Of a stretch of 29,197 nt of DNA, positions 1 through 8,013 are shown in pieces. The stretch spans positions 4,907 to 34,103 of the forward strand of contig JAUJLY010000001.1 in the NCBI GenBank assembly GCA_030447145.1. The letters run 5' to 3'. The translations under genes and the position numbers were made by a program. The first letter of the stretch is position 1. Each line of letters starts with the position of its first letter. The notes under the pieces were generated by a model. The model had not been told where the DNA came from and made no database searches. It was given only the letters and a program-made list of their open reading frames with translations. This stretch comes from Thermomicrobiales bacterium. GTDB lineage: Bacteria; Chloroflexota; Chloroflexia; Thermomicrobiales; UBA6265.

Positions 1-1209
1 TCCTACGAGAAGATCGACGATTACACCGTCAGGTTCGTCGCCATTGAACCGGTCGCCGTCTTCCTCAGCGACGCGCTTGGTCAGTTCGGCATCATGCCCA
101 AGCACATCTGGGAGGGTGTTCCCGCGGCTGAGTGGCCGGCAGATCCCGGGTCCACCGGTCAGGATCCATCTCGGGTCGTCGGCACTGGTCCCTTTAAGTT
201 CGTCGAGTGGCTATTGGGTGACCACGTCACCCTCGAGAAGAACGCGGACTACTGGGACCAGGATGAAGTGCCTGTGTTTGACACCTACACCTACCAGGTG
301 CTGGCCGATCCCGCCTCGGCGTTAGCCGCATTGCAGACGGGCGCTACTGATTTGACGGAGATTCCGTTCACCCAGGCCACCCCGCTGCGCGAATCCAACC
401 CTGAGCTTCAGATCCTCAACTACGACACCACTTCCTTCAACTACTACTACACGAATCAGGCTGAGGATAAGGGCCTCCCCTTCACCGATGTCAAGGTTCG
501 CCAAGCGCTTCAGTACGCGCTCGATCGCGATCTGATCGCCGAAACGGTTTACAACGGGTTCGCAATCCGTGCCGATGGTACCCAGCCGGTGCTCTCGATT
601 GCATATGCTCCGGATCGAATCAATACCGTCTATACGTACGACCCGGAGAAGGCCGCCGCCCTCCTTGACGAGGCCGGCTGGGCAATGGGCGGTGATGGCA
701 TTCGCGAGAAGGACGGTCAGCGTCTTTCCTTCGAGACTCTCTATTCTGAGGGCGTCGCGACGTATGAACAGCAGATCCCCTACATGCAGCAGGCATGGCG
801 CGAGGTGGGCATCGAGATGATACCATCGGCCATCCCCTTCCCGACCCTGCTGGAGGTGACCGACGCGGGGAACTACCAGATGGCGGTGCTGGGGTTCAAC
901 TGGGACATCGATGGCACGCAGGATATCATGTTTGCCTGCGATGCAACTCCGCCCGCCGGTTTCAACAACATGCGCTACTGCAACGAGGAGTACGACTCCC
1001 TCATTGAGGCATCAAAGCGCGAGCTCGACCTCGAGAAGCGAATTGATATCCTGATCGAGATGTCGAACATCGTGAACGACGATGCTGCCGTGGGCATCAC
1101 CGTCTTCCGGCAGAGTATCTCCGGTGCAGCACCGCGCGTACATAACTTCTTCCCCAACGGCTACAGCTCTGTTTGGTGGCTGACTCGGGCCTGGCTCGAC
1201 CAGGCATAG
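1..1209 (+). CDS. Peptide/nickel ABC transporter substrate-binding protein (SBP family 5), 5'-truncated by the window edge
   Basis: Frame is open from base 1 (SYEKIDDYTVRF...) through the ORF-track start at 94 to TAG 1207-1209. Family-5 motifs GTGPFKFVEW, N..YW, VRQALQYALDR and YDPEKAAALLDEAGW. Followed by two Opp-type permeases. Confidence 0.92.
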   Translation, partial: SYEKIDDYTVRFVAIEPVAVFLSDALGQFGIMPKHIWEGVPAAEWPADPGSTGQDPSRVVGTGPFKFVEWLLGDHVTLEKNADYWDQDEVPVFDTYTYQVLADPASALAALQTGATDLTEIPFTQATPLRESNPELQILNYDTTSFNYYYTNQAEDKGLPFTDVKVRQALQYALDRDLIAETVYNGFAIRADGTQPVLSIAYAPDRINTVYTYDPEKAAALLDEAGWAMGGDGIREKDGQRLSFETLYSEGVATYEQQIPYMQQAWREVGIEMIPSAIPFPTLLEVTDAGNYQMAVLGFNWDIDGTQDIMFACDATPPAGFNNMRYCNEEYDSLIEASKRELDLEKRIDILIEMSNIVNDDAAVGITVFRQSISGAAPRVHNFFPNGYSSVWWLTRAWLDQA

Positions 1210-1231
1210 ATTCTCCGGGGGTAGAGATGAA

Positions 1232-1261
1232 ACACGGGGCGGTCCGCGGACCGCCCCCTGT
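1232..1261 (+). terminator. GC-rich hairpin after the SBP gene (terminator or mRNA-stabilising stem)
   Basis: Perfect 22-bp palindrome ggggcggtccgcggaccgcccc at 1236-1257, extendable by aca/tgt across one C/C mismatch. No clear U-tract. Confidence 0.55.
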
Positions 1262-1270
1262 ACAATGTTT

Positions 1271-1296
1271 GCGGAGCCACTGCTGGACGGCTCCGC
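1271..1296 (+). other. Second intergenic hairpin
   Basis: gcggagcc (1271-1278) pairs with ggctccgc (1289-1296); 10-nt loop. Confidence 0.45.
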
Positions 1297-1435
1297 TACT
1301 GCCTGTGTATCTGCCCATATGACGCCGTGGTCCAGATGGAACAACGGTTTTGGGGCATCTTTTTTACGGCAATGTTCTCGCTACTCCGAGCGAGCAATCC
1401 GTCCTACCTGATTACTACGCGCGGGGGTTGATTCG

Positions 1436-2404
1436 ATGACGCGATACATTATCCGGCGCCTGCTGGGCATGATTCCTCTACTGCTCGGGGTATCGTTCAT
1501 GGTGTTCGCGCTGCTCAACCTCGTGCCCGGGAGCCCCACCGACCAATTCGAATTCAACCCGAACATCAAGCCATCCGACCTGGAACGAATCCGTGAAAAC
1601 CTTGGGCTGAATGCACCTTGGTATCAACGCTATTTCATCTGGCTCGGTAATGCTCTCCAGGGCGATCTCGGCATCAGTTTTCGAAACTATGTTCCGGTCT
1701 GGACCACCATAAAGTCTGCGCTCCCCAATACGTTGGTGCTCAGTCTCGCCGCCCTACTCATTTCGATTGTATTCGCGATACCTGTGGGGGTCCTGTCGGC
1801 CGTAAAGCGAAATTCCGTCTTTGATCGCGTAACGAACATCTTTGCCACCGGCTTTTACTCCATGCCGAGCATATGGTTGGGCATGTTGATGATTATCCTC
1901 TTCTCGGTAAAGTTCCAGCAATGGGGCTTACCGTCAATGCCTGTCTCAGGGGTCAAGGATCTTCGAGGTGGTGGTGACATCTGGGATCGCATCGTTCACT
2001 TGGTGATGCCGGCGATGACGTTGGCGTTGGTCAGCGTTGCTGGCTGGACTCGATACATTCGCTCACAGATGCTGGAGGTCGTGCGGCAAGACTACATGCG
2101 TACTGCGGATGCGAAAGGGTTAACCAAACGGGTGACTATCCAGCGACATGCGTTCAAAAACGCAGTGCTTCCGTTGGTTACCCTGATCGGCCTGGATATC
2201 CCCAACCTTTTCGGCGGTGCTCTCATCGTCGAGAACGTATTTGGTTATCGAGGAATTGGCCAAGTGACAATTGAGGCGCTCCAGTCAAACGACTATTCGG
2301 TTGCCATGGCCACCGTTATGATGCTCGCGTTTCTTACGGTGTTGGGCAATCTTATTGCAGACGTTCTCTACGGTGTGCTCGACCCACGAGTCCGATACGA
2401 CTAG
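1436..2404 (+). CDS. Peptide ABC transporter permease, OppB/DppB family
   Basis: N-terminus MTRYIIRRLL..IP.LLGVS, GDLGISF, several TM segments, EAA loop RSQMLEVVRQDYMRTADAKGL, C-terminal LDPRVRY. Confidence 0.93.
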   Translation: MTRYIIRRLLGMIPLLLGVSFMVFALLNLVPGSPTDQFEFNPNIKPSDLERIRENLGLNAPWYQRYFIWLGNALQGDLGISFRNYVPVWTTIKSALPNTLVLSLAALLISIVFAIPVGVLSAVKRNSVFDRVTNIFATGFYSMPSIWLGMLMIILFSVKFQQWGLPSMPVSGVKDLRGGGDIWDRIVHLVMPAMTLALVSVAGWTRYIRSQMLEVVRQDYMRTADAKGLTKRVTIQRHAFKNAVLPLVTLIGLDIPNLFGGALIVENVFGYRGIGQVTIEALQSNDYSVAMATVMMLAFLTVLGNLIADVLYGVLDPRVRYD

Positions 2405-2436
2405 CGTCGATTTTCCGTATCGAGAGGATTTTGCTG

Positions 2437-3405
2437 ATGTCACAACAATCCACGCAAACGGGGCAGGAAATCAACGAGGCCGCTCCGGAACAACCGGCCG
2501 GGCGCACCGGTGGCTTGGGCTCCGAGAAGCGAAACGTCCTAAAGGAATCGCCCGGGTTCTATGCACGCGCTTGGCGCAAATTGCGCAAAGATACCCTCTC
2601 GATGATCGCACTTGTCGTCACGATAATTATCGTTATCTTCTCGTTTGGCGCCCCCGTTATCGCCCGACTTACTGGTCTGGATTATATGACCGGCAACTAC
2701 GCGGCGGTTCTGGTCGGACCTTTCGAGAATGGCGAAAACATTTTAGGTACAGACAACAATGGCAGAGACATTCTGACTCGCCTAGCCTACGGTGGTCGGA
2801 TCTCCATGACCGTCGCCAGCCTTTCTCTGATCTTCTCCCTGGCTATAGGCATGACCGTCGGCTCCGTGGCTGGGTTTTTCGGAGGCGCGATCGATAGCGT
2901 GCTCATGCGACTGGTGGACGTGATCCTGTCTATTCCTGGCATCACACTCCTCCTGCTGCTCTCCGTCTGGTTCCGGCCCGGCCCTATCGGACTTTCATTC
3001 GTCATTGCAGCATTGGGTTGGACGGGCGTTTCCCGGCTGATTCGCGGTGAAGTCTTATCGCTCAAGAACCGCGACTATGTCGACGCTGCCCGAGTAACCG
3101 GTGCAAGTAATCGCCAGATCATAACCCGTCATATTTTTCCGAACGTGATCCCCATCGTTCTCGTCTGGGCGTCGCTGTCGCTCCCAAGCCTCATTCTCTA
3201 CGAAGCAGCACTCAGCTACCTCGGATTCGGTGTCGGCATCCCCAACCCGTCGTGGGGCAACATGCTCGACGATTCCCGCAGCTACTTCACGCAGTCCTGG
3301 ACATTCGCATTTTTCCCCGGGTTCATGATCTTTATCAGCGCCTTGGCGATCAATCTCTTGGGCAACGGCCTCCGCGACGCGCTTGACCCACGCCTGGGTG
3401 AATAA
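2437..3405 (+). CDS. Peptide ABC transporter permease, OppC/DppC family
   Basis: LGTDNNGRDILTRLAYGGRIS, EAA loop RGEVLSLKNRDYVDAARVTGA, PSWGNML, GNGLRDALDPR. Start moved from TTG 2431 to ATG 2437 because of SD-like GAGAGG at 2422-2427. Confidence 0.93.
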   Translation: MSQQSTQTGQEINEAAPEQPAGRTGGLGSEKRNVLKESPGFYARAWRKLRKDTLSMIALVVTIIIVIFSFGAPVIARLTGLDYMTGNYAAVLVGPFENGENILGTDNNGRDILTRLAYGGRISMTVASLSLIFSLAIGMTVGSVAGFFGGAIDSVLMRLVDVILSIPGITLLLLLSVWFRPGPIGLSFVIAALGWTGVSRLIRGEVLSLKNRDYVDAARVTGASNRQIITRHIFPNVIPIVLVWASLSLPSLILYEAALSYLGFGVGIPNPSWGNMLDDSRSYFTQSWTFAFFPGFMIFISALAINLLGNGLRDALDPRLGE

Positions 3406-3417
3406 TTGAAAGAGAAC

Positions 3418-3888
3418 ATGGATTCGATTACCTGTCCGAATTGCGGACACGAGAATAGCGAGGACGATCGATTTTGCTCCAACTGCGGAACACGCCTCAC
3501 CCCCGTCTCGTCTCCACTTGAATCCCAACGGAACCACGATGAAGGCTCCGACACAGAGGCCACTGGAGAGCTAGAGAGGTCGGAGACGACATCTGTACGC
3601 GGGACCATACCGCCGCCCGTGACTCCCAGTTTCGCGCGGACCACGAGTGACTGGGAATCGCAGCGAGTTCGCGAACCAGTCGACGACGACTGGAAGATGT
3701 CCGATCTGGGGCCACCCCCCGATCGTAAGCGGCGGAAGTGGCTGTGGATCCTCATCGCGATTCTGGCGATCCTTGTGCTTCTCTGCTGCGGGTTCATGTT
3801 TTTCATCAGTGCAACCGACACCGGTTCGCAATGGTTCAACGATCTGGCGACACAAGTTTCCGAACAAGCAACGGAAGCCGCACGCTGA
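3418..3888 (+). CDS. Zinc-ribbon domain single-pass membrane protein
   Basis: CPNCG-x8-FCSNCG zinc ribbon, S/T/E/P-rich linker, basic RKRRK then one hydrophobic helix ending LLCCG. ATG 3418 preferred over TTG 3406. Confidence 0.8.
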   Translation: MDSITCPNCGHENSEDDRFCSNCGTRLTPVSSPLESQRNHDEGSDTEATGELERSETTSVRGTIPPPVTPSFARTTSDWESQRVREPVDDDWKMSDLGPPPDRKRRKWLWILIAILAILVLLCCGFMFFISATDTGSQWFNDLATQVSEQATEAAR

Positions 3889-3961
3889 CAGCTGCTCGTG
3901 CCGTTAGGGACCACAAACTTGAGCCACGCCACACGCTAAATGTCAGTGGCGAAACCAGAAT

Positions 3962-3995
3962 GAAGAACCCCTCGTCAATCGACGAGGGGTTCTTC
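3962..3995. terminator. Likely bidirectional intrinsic terminator between convergent genes
   Basis: 15-bp perfect stem gaagaacccctcgtc / gacgaggggttcttc with 4-nt loop aatc, lying between the + zinc-ribbon gene and the - pnp gene. Confidence 0.8.
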
Positions 3996-4022
3996 CGTTG
4001 CTCCTGCGCGGTGTGGCTTTAG

Positions 4023-6296
4023 CTAGTCGCGAGGTCGACGTGGGCCTCGATCCCGGTCTCCACGGAATCCGCCATTGTCGCGGGGTCCGCGGTCATCGCG
4101 AGGACCTCGCGGACCCCGCGGCCCGCGATCCTGCTTCGGCTCCGGCATTTCACCGGTCAACGCGGCGCGCCGGGAGAGGCTGACCTTGCCATTTGGAGCA
4201 ATGTCGGTCACCATCACGGTGACCTCATCACCCAGGTTCACCACGTCCTCTACACGCTCTACCCGAATGGATGGGTCCTCTGACAGCTCTGAGATATGAA
4301 CCAGACCATCACGGCCGGGGACCAACTCCACAAAAGCTCCATATGGCATGACGCTCACGACCTTACCGGTGTAGAGATCGCCCCGGTCCAGCTTAATTTC
4401 CGGCGGATCATTGGTGAGTTCCTGAATCTTTTTCTTTGCCGCCTCGGAGCCATCCGGATCAGAGGATGAGATCGAAACAGATCCATCGTCCTCAACATTG
4501 ATCTTCGTGCCGGTTTCTTCCTGGATTTGCCGGATCATCGAGCCGCCCGGTCCAATAATCTTCCCGATCTTCTCTGGGTTGATCTTGATCTGGACGACCT
4601 GTGGCGCGAAACGGGAGAGCTCGGCCCGTGGTTCTGAAATCGTCTCCAGCATCTTAGCGAGAATGAACTGACGTCCCTCGTGCGCCTGGTTGAGTGCCTG
4701 TCGCATGATCTCGGTCGTGATTCCCTTGACTTTGATATCCATCTGGATGGCGGTCACCCCATCCCGGGTACCCGCAACCTTGAAATCCATGTCTCCGAGC
4801 GCGTCTTCCATACCCTGGATATCGGTCAGGACCGCGAATCGGCCTGTCTCAGCGTCCGTCACGAGACCCATCGCCACACCAGCAACTGGAGCCTTGATCG
4901 GGACTCCCGCGTCCATAAGCGCCATGGTGGAGCCGCAGACACTGGCCATGGATGTCGAGCCATTGGAGCTGACGACTTCAGAAACCAGTCGAATGGTGTA
5001 CGGGAACGCCTCAGCGTCGGGCACCATGTTGACCAGGGCCCGCTCGGCAAGGGCACCGTGACCGATATCCCGACGACTGGCCCCTCGGAGCCTGCGGACC
5101 TCACCTACGCTGTAAGGAGGGAAGTTGTAATGATGGATGTAGCGCTTGCTGGTCGCAGGGGTGATTGAATCCAGCCGCTGTTCCTCCGCTGCGGAGCCGA
5201 GAGCGGCAACGGTCACGACCTGGGTTTGACCGCGGGTGAAAACGGCGGAGCCGTGGGCGCGTGGCAGGTATCCCACTTCACTCCAGATGGGACGAACCTC
5301 TGAGTTGGAACGGCCGTCTGGACGAATCCCCTCTTCCAGGATGCCGGAACGAACCTCTTCTTTCAGCAATGCTTCGTACGCATCGCTGACATCCCCCGCA
5401 CGAAACTGTGGGTCCTGACTATCATGATTGCCCGCCAGGGCACCAATGGCTTCCTTCTGGAGGCCGCCAGTTGCCTCGAGCCGCACGACTTTGTCAGGGT
5501 TGCGGACCGCATCTCGAAGTCGGGTGCCGAGGAAGGACCGCAATGCTGAGAAAAGCTCTTGGTCTCGCTGTGGCGGGGTGAAGGGCCACTTCTCGTGCCC
5601 GACTGCCTCTACAAGCCGGTTCTGGAGATTCACGACCTTGCGGATGTTCTCATGCGCAATCTCGATTGCCTCGACCATCCTGTCCTCAGGAATCTCCAGT
5701 GCCTCGCCCTCAACCATCATAATGGCGTCATGGGTGCCGGCGACAACCATGTCCAGGTCGCTCTCATCGCGCTGGGAGAACGTAGGGTTGACGATGAACC
5801 CGCCGTTCTGGTACCCCATCCGGATCGCTCCCACTGGGCCATCCCAGGGAATCGGAGAAATTGCCAGTGCTGCAGATGCTCCAATAACTGACAGGATGTC
5901 CGTGTCATTCTGCTGGTCCGCCGAGAGGACCGTGGTCATGATCTGGACTTCGGCCTTATACCCCTTCGGGAAGAGCGGACGGATGGGGCGGTCCGTCAGG
6001 CGGGCCGCCAGGACTGCTGCTTCCGTCGGTCGACCCTCACGCTTGGGAAAGCCGCCCGGGATCTTGCCGGCCGCGAACATCCGCTCTTCGTAGTCGACCG
6101 TGAGAGGAAAGAACGGGAGATCTTCCTTCTGATCCCGCTCGCCGACAACCGTGCTGAGGACCATGGAGTCGCCATAGCGAACTACAACGGCACCCATAGC
6201 GAGCCCCGCAAGTCGTCCCGTCTCCAGCGACAGCTCACGTCCGTTGAGCTCCGTCGAGAACCTCTTAATTTTTTCCTGTACTGCTTCCGGAATCAT
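4023..6296 (-). CDS. pnp: Polyribonucleotide nucleotidyltransferase (PNPase)
   Basis: FFPLTVDYEER, GGFPKREGRP, SAVFTRGQTQ, HHYNFPPYSVGE, SNGSTSMASVCG, GDMDFKVAG, then KH and S1 domains. Start set to ATG 6296 (MIPEAVQEK...) with SD GGAG upstream; the ORF-track extension to 6473 has no PNPase similarity. Confidence 0.97.
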   Translation of the reverse strand: MIPEAVQEKIKRFSTELNGRELSLETGRLAGLAMGAVVVRYGDSMVLSTVVGERDQKEDLPFFPLTVDYEERMFAAGKIPGGFPKREGRPTEAAVLAARLTDRPIRPLFPKGYKAEVQIMTTVLSADQQNDTDILSVIGASAALAISPIPWDGPVGAIRMGYQNGGFIVNPTFSQRDESDLDMVVAGTHDAIMMVEGEALEIPEDRMVEAIEIAHENIRKVVNLQNRLVEAVGHEKWPFTPPQRDQELFSALRSFLGTRLRDAVRNPDKVVRLEATGGLQKEAIGALAGNHDSQDPQFRAGDVSDAYEALLKEEVRSGILEEGIRPDGRSNSEVRPIWSEVGYLPRAHGSAVFTRGQTQVVTVAALGSAAEEQRLDSITPATSKRYIHHYNFPPYSVGEVRRLRGASRRDIGHGALAERALVNMVPDAEAFPYTIRLVSEVVSSNGSTSMASVCGSTMALMDAGVPIKAPVAGVAMGLVTDAETGRFAVLTDIQGMEDALGDMDFKVAGTRDGVTAIQMDIKVKGITTEIMRQALNQAHEGRQFILAKMLETISEPRAELSRFAPQVVQIKINPEKIGKIIGPGGSMIRQIQEETGTKINVEDDGSVSISSSDPDGSEAAKKKIQELTNDPPEIKLDRGDLYTGKVVSVMPYGAFVELVPGRDGLVHISELSEDPSIRVERVEDVVNLGDEVTVMVTDIAPNGKVSLSRRAALTGEMPEPKQDRGPRGPRGPRDDRGPRDNGGFRGDRDRGPRRPRD

Positions 6297-6507
6297 AGGT
6301 GTATCTACTCCATCTTTGGTGGCCACGCGACGGCCATTTCGGCGTGCATCGTGGCGACATTCGTACTCTGCGCCCGTTCGGGTGAAGAATCGAGGAACTG
6401 GAGTGAGCCGACGATCGTTCGCCCTCGGATCACTCCAATGCCCCATTCTCCGTCCCCGTCGGGCAGGCATCACTTGTCGTTGTCAGGCTCCTCCTTACCG
6501 CAATCAA

Positions 6508-6538
6508 TGTAAAAGCCCAGGACCATACGGTCCCGGGC
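6508..6538 (-). terminator. Intrinsic terminator downstream of rpsO
   Basis: On the - strand: GCCCGGGACC-GUAU-GGUCCUGGGC (10 bp with one G-U) followed by UUUUACA. Confidence 0.75.
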
Positions 6539-6617
6539 CCTTCCACAAAGTCATCACCACGTGTGCAAACCGGAATGTGTCGAGATTGGAGACGGGTTTG
6601 CATACGTCGGCCAGATA

Positions 6618-6887
6618 TTACCTGCGCAGACCGTGGCGAGCAATCGTCGCGCGGTAGCGCTCAATGTCATTTGAGCTGAGGTACGCCAGGAGCCGGCGGC
6701 GTCGGCCAACCAGCTTGAGCAGACCACGGCGGGAGTGATTGTCCTGCCGATGTTCTCGCAAGTGTTGAGTAAGTCCATTGATGCGCTCCGTCAGGATCGC
6801 GATCTGAACCTCCGGTGATCCGGTGTCGGCCTCATGGAGACGCGTGCTCTCGATAATGTCCTGCTTCTGCTCGTGTTGCAACGCCAT
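6618..6887 (-). CDS. rpsO: 30S ribosomal protein S15
   Basis: [23 protein letters not shown]...[25 protein letters not shown] 6887 with SD GAGGAG upstream; 89 aa; canonical rpsO-pnp synteny. Confidence 0.98.
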   Translation of the reverse strand: MALQHEQKQDIIESTRLHEADTGSPEVQIAILTERINGLTQHLREHRQDNHSRRGLLKLVGRRRRLLAYLSSNDIERYRATIARHGLRR

Positions 6888-6970
6888 GCGCGCGTAGTCT
6901 CCTCGGGTCGTCAATCGACCGTCTCTGTAAGCGAAAGATGTGAAAAACGCCCGTGGCGATGGCGCTTACC
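6888..6970 (-). promoter_or_regulatory. Candidate structured rpsO 5' leader (possible S15 autoregulatory element)
   Basis: GUAAGCG/CGCUUAC stem (6963-6969 with 6927-6933) and GGUCG/CGACC hairpin (6906-6920) just before the SD. Function inferred only from position. Confidence 0.45.
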
Positions 6971-6976
6971 GGCAGG

Positions 6977-6985
6977 AGTATACCA
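6977..6985 (-). promoter_or_regulatory. Extended -10 promoter element for rpsO
   Basis: The - strand reads TGG-TATACT about 90 nt upstream of the rpsO start. No convincing -35. Confidence 0.65.
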
Positions 6986-7145
6986 TGCCAGCGTGCGGTC
7001 CCACATTGGCCATGGTGGATCCCCCCTGATGGTGCCACCTGTAGCCCGGAATGTACCATGATACGGTGACGGGTACACGGCGCCGTCCGGACGAACTGCT
7101 TCTTGTCCTCGTTTGCATTTGATTCCGTATTCACAAGGAGAACCC

Positions 7146-7994
7146 ATGCTCGGCGTCATTGGCGGAACCGGACTTTACGACCTCCCTGATCTCGAGGGCG
7201 TTGTTGAAATTCCAATTGAAACACCATTTGGGCCGCCAAGCGCGCCGTTCATCAAAGGCGTTCTCGGGGACACCGAACTGGTGTTCCTAGCGCGTCACGG
7301 GCATGGTCACCACATCAACCCGTCTGACATTCCGTTTCGCGCGAACATCTATGCCATGAAGACGTTGGGCGTGACGCATCTACTCAGCGTCAATGCTGTC
7401 GGGAGCCTCAGGGAGCATCTGCCGCCAAGGACCGCAGTCATCCCCGATCAGATTATCGACCGCACAGTGCAACGCGAGCGCACCTTTTTCGACATGGGGA
7501 TTGTCGCCCATGTCGGCCTTGCAGATCCCTACTGCCTCTCGTTCCGCCGATCTATTCTGGCTCATACCCGTGACGCACAGGAGCAGGTTCATGAGGGAGG
7601 AACCTATATTTGCATTGAAGGACCTCAGTTCTCAACGCGTGCCGAGTCCGCGCTTTACCGCCAGTGGGGAGCCGACATCATCGGCATGACAGCGATGCCG
7701 GAGGCGCGGCTCGCGCGCGAAGCAGGGCTCTGTTACGGTGCTGTTGCCATGGTGACGGATTACGACGTTTGGCACGATTCCGAGGAAGACGTCTCGCTGG
7801 AGATGATCCACCGGGTCCTCAAGGAGAATACCGAGACCGGGCGTAGGGTGGTTCGTTCCGTTGCACGGGCAGGATTGCCCCCTTGTGAGCATGGCTGTGC
7901 CAATGCAACCCGTGCGGCGATCACCACCCACCCCGACCGCATCACCCCCGAAATCCGCGAACGACTCTCCGTCCTGCTTGGCGGCGTGGCGTAA
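7146..7994 (+). CDS. mtnP: S-methyl-5'-thioadenosine phosphorylase (MTAP family nucleoside phosphorylase)
   Basis: LGVIGGTG, FLARHG, ANIYA, EGPQFSTRAES, IGMT, VTDYD. SD AAGGAG before ATG 7146. Confidence 0.92.
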   Translation: MLGVIGGTGLYDLPDLEGVVEIPIETPFGPPSAPFIKGVLGDTELVFLARHGHGHHINPSDIPFRANIYAMKTLGVTHLLSVNAVGSLREHLPPRTAVIPDQIIDRTVQRERTFFDMGIVAHVGLADPYCLSFRRSILAHTRDAQEQVHEGGTYICIEGPQFSTRAESALYRQWGADIIGMTAMPEARLAREAGLCYGAVAMVTDYDVWHDSEEDVSLEMIHRVLKENTETGRRVVRSVARAGLPPCEHGCANATRAAITTHPDRITPEIRERLSVLLGGVA

Positions 7995-8013
7995 CCCGAG
8001 TCCACGATCAGCC

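Noticed and set aside
6297-6473. ORF-track 816-aa PNPase starting at 6473
   Set aside because: The first 59 codons have no PNPase similarity and cover the structured leader; ATG 6296 has a well-placed SD.
7060-7145. Possible SAM/SAH riboswitch upstream of mtnP
   Set aside because: Only short stems (gacgg/ccgtc, ggac/gtcc) are present, and I could not see conserved SAM-I or SAH core motifs.
7861-8013. N-terminal extension of the SEDS ORF
   Set aside because: It overlaps the 3' end of mtnP and has non-membrane, P/S-rich shadow composition.
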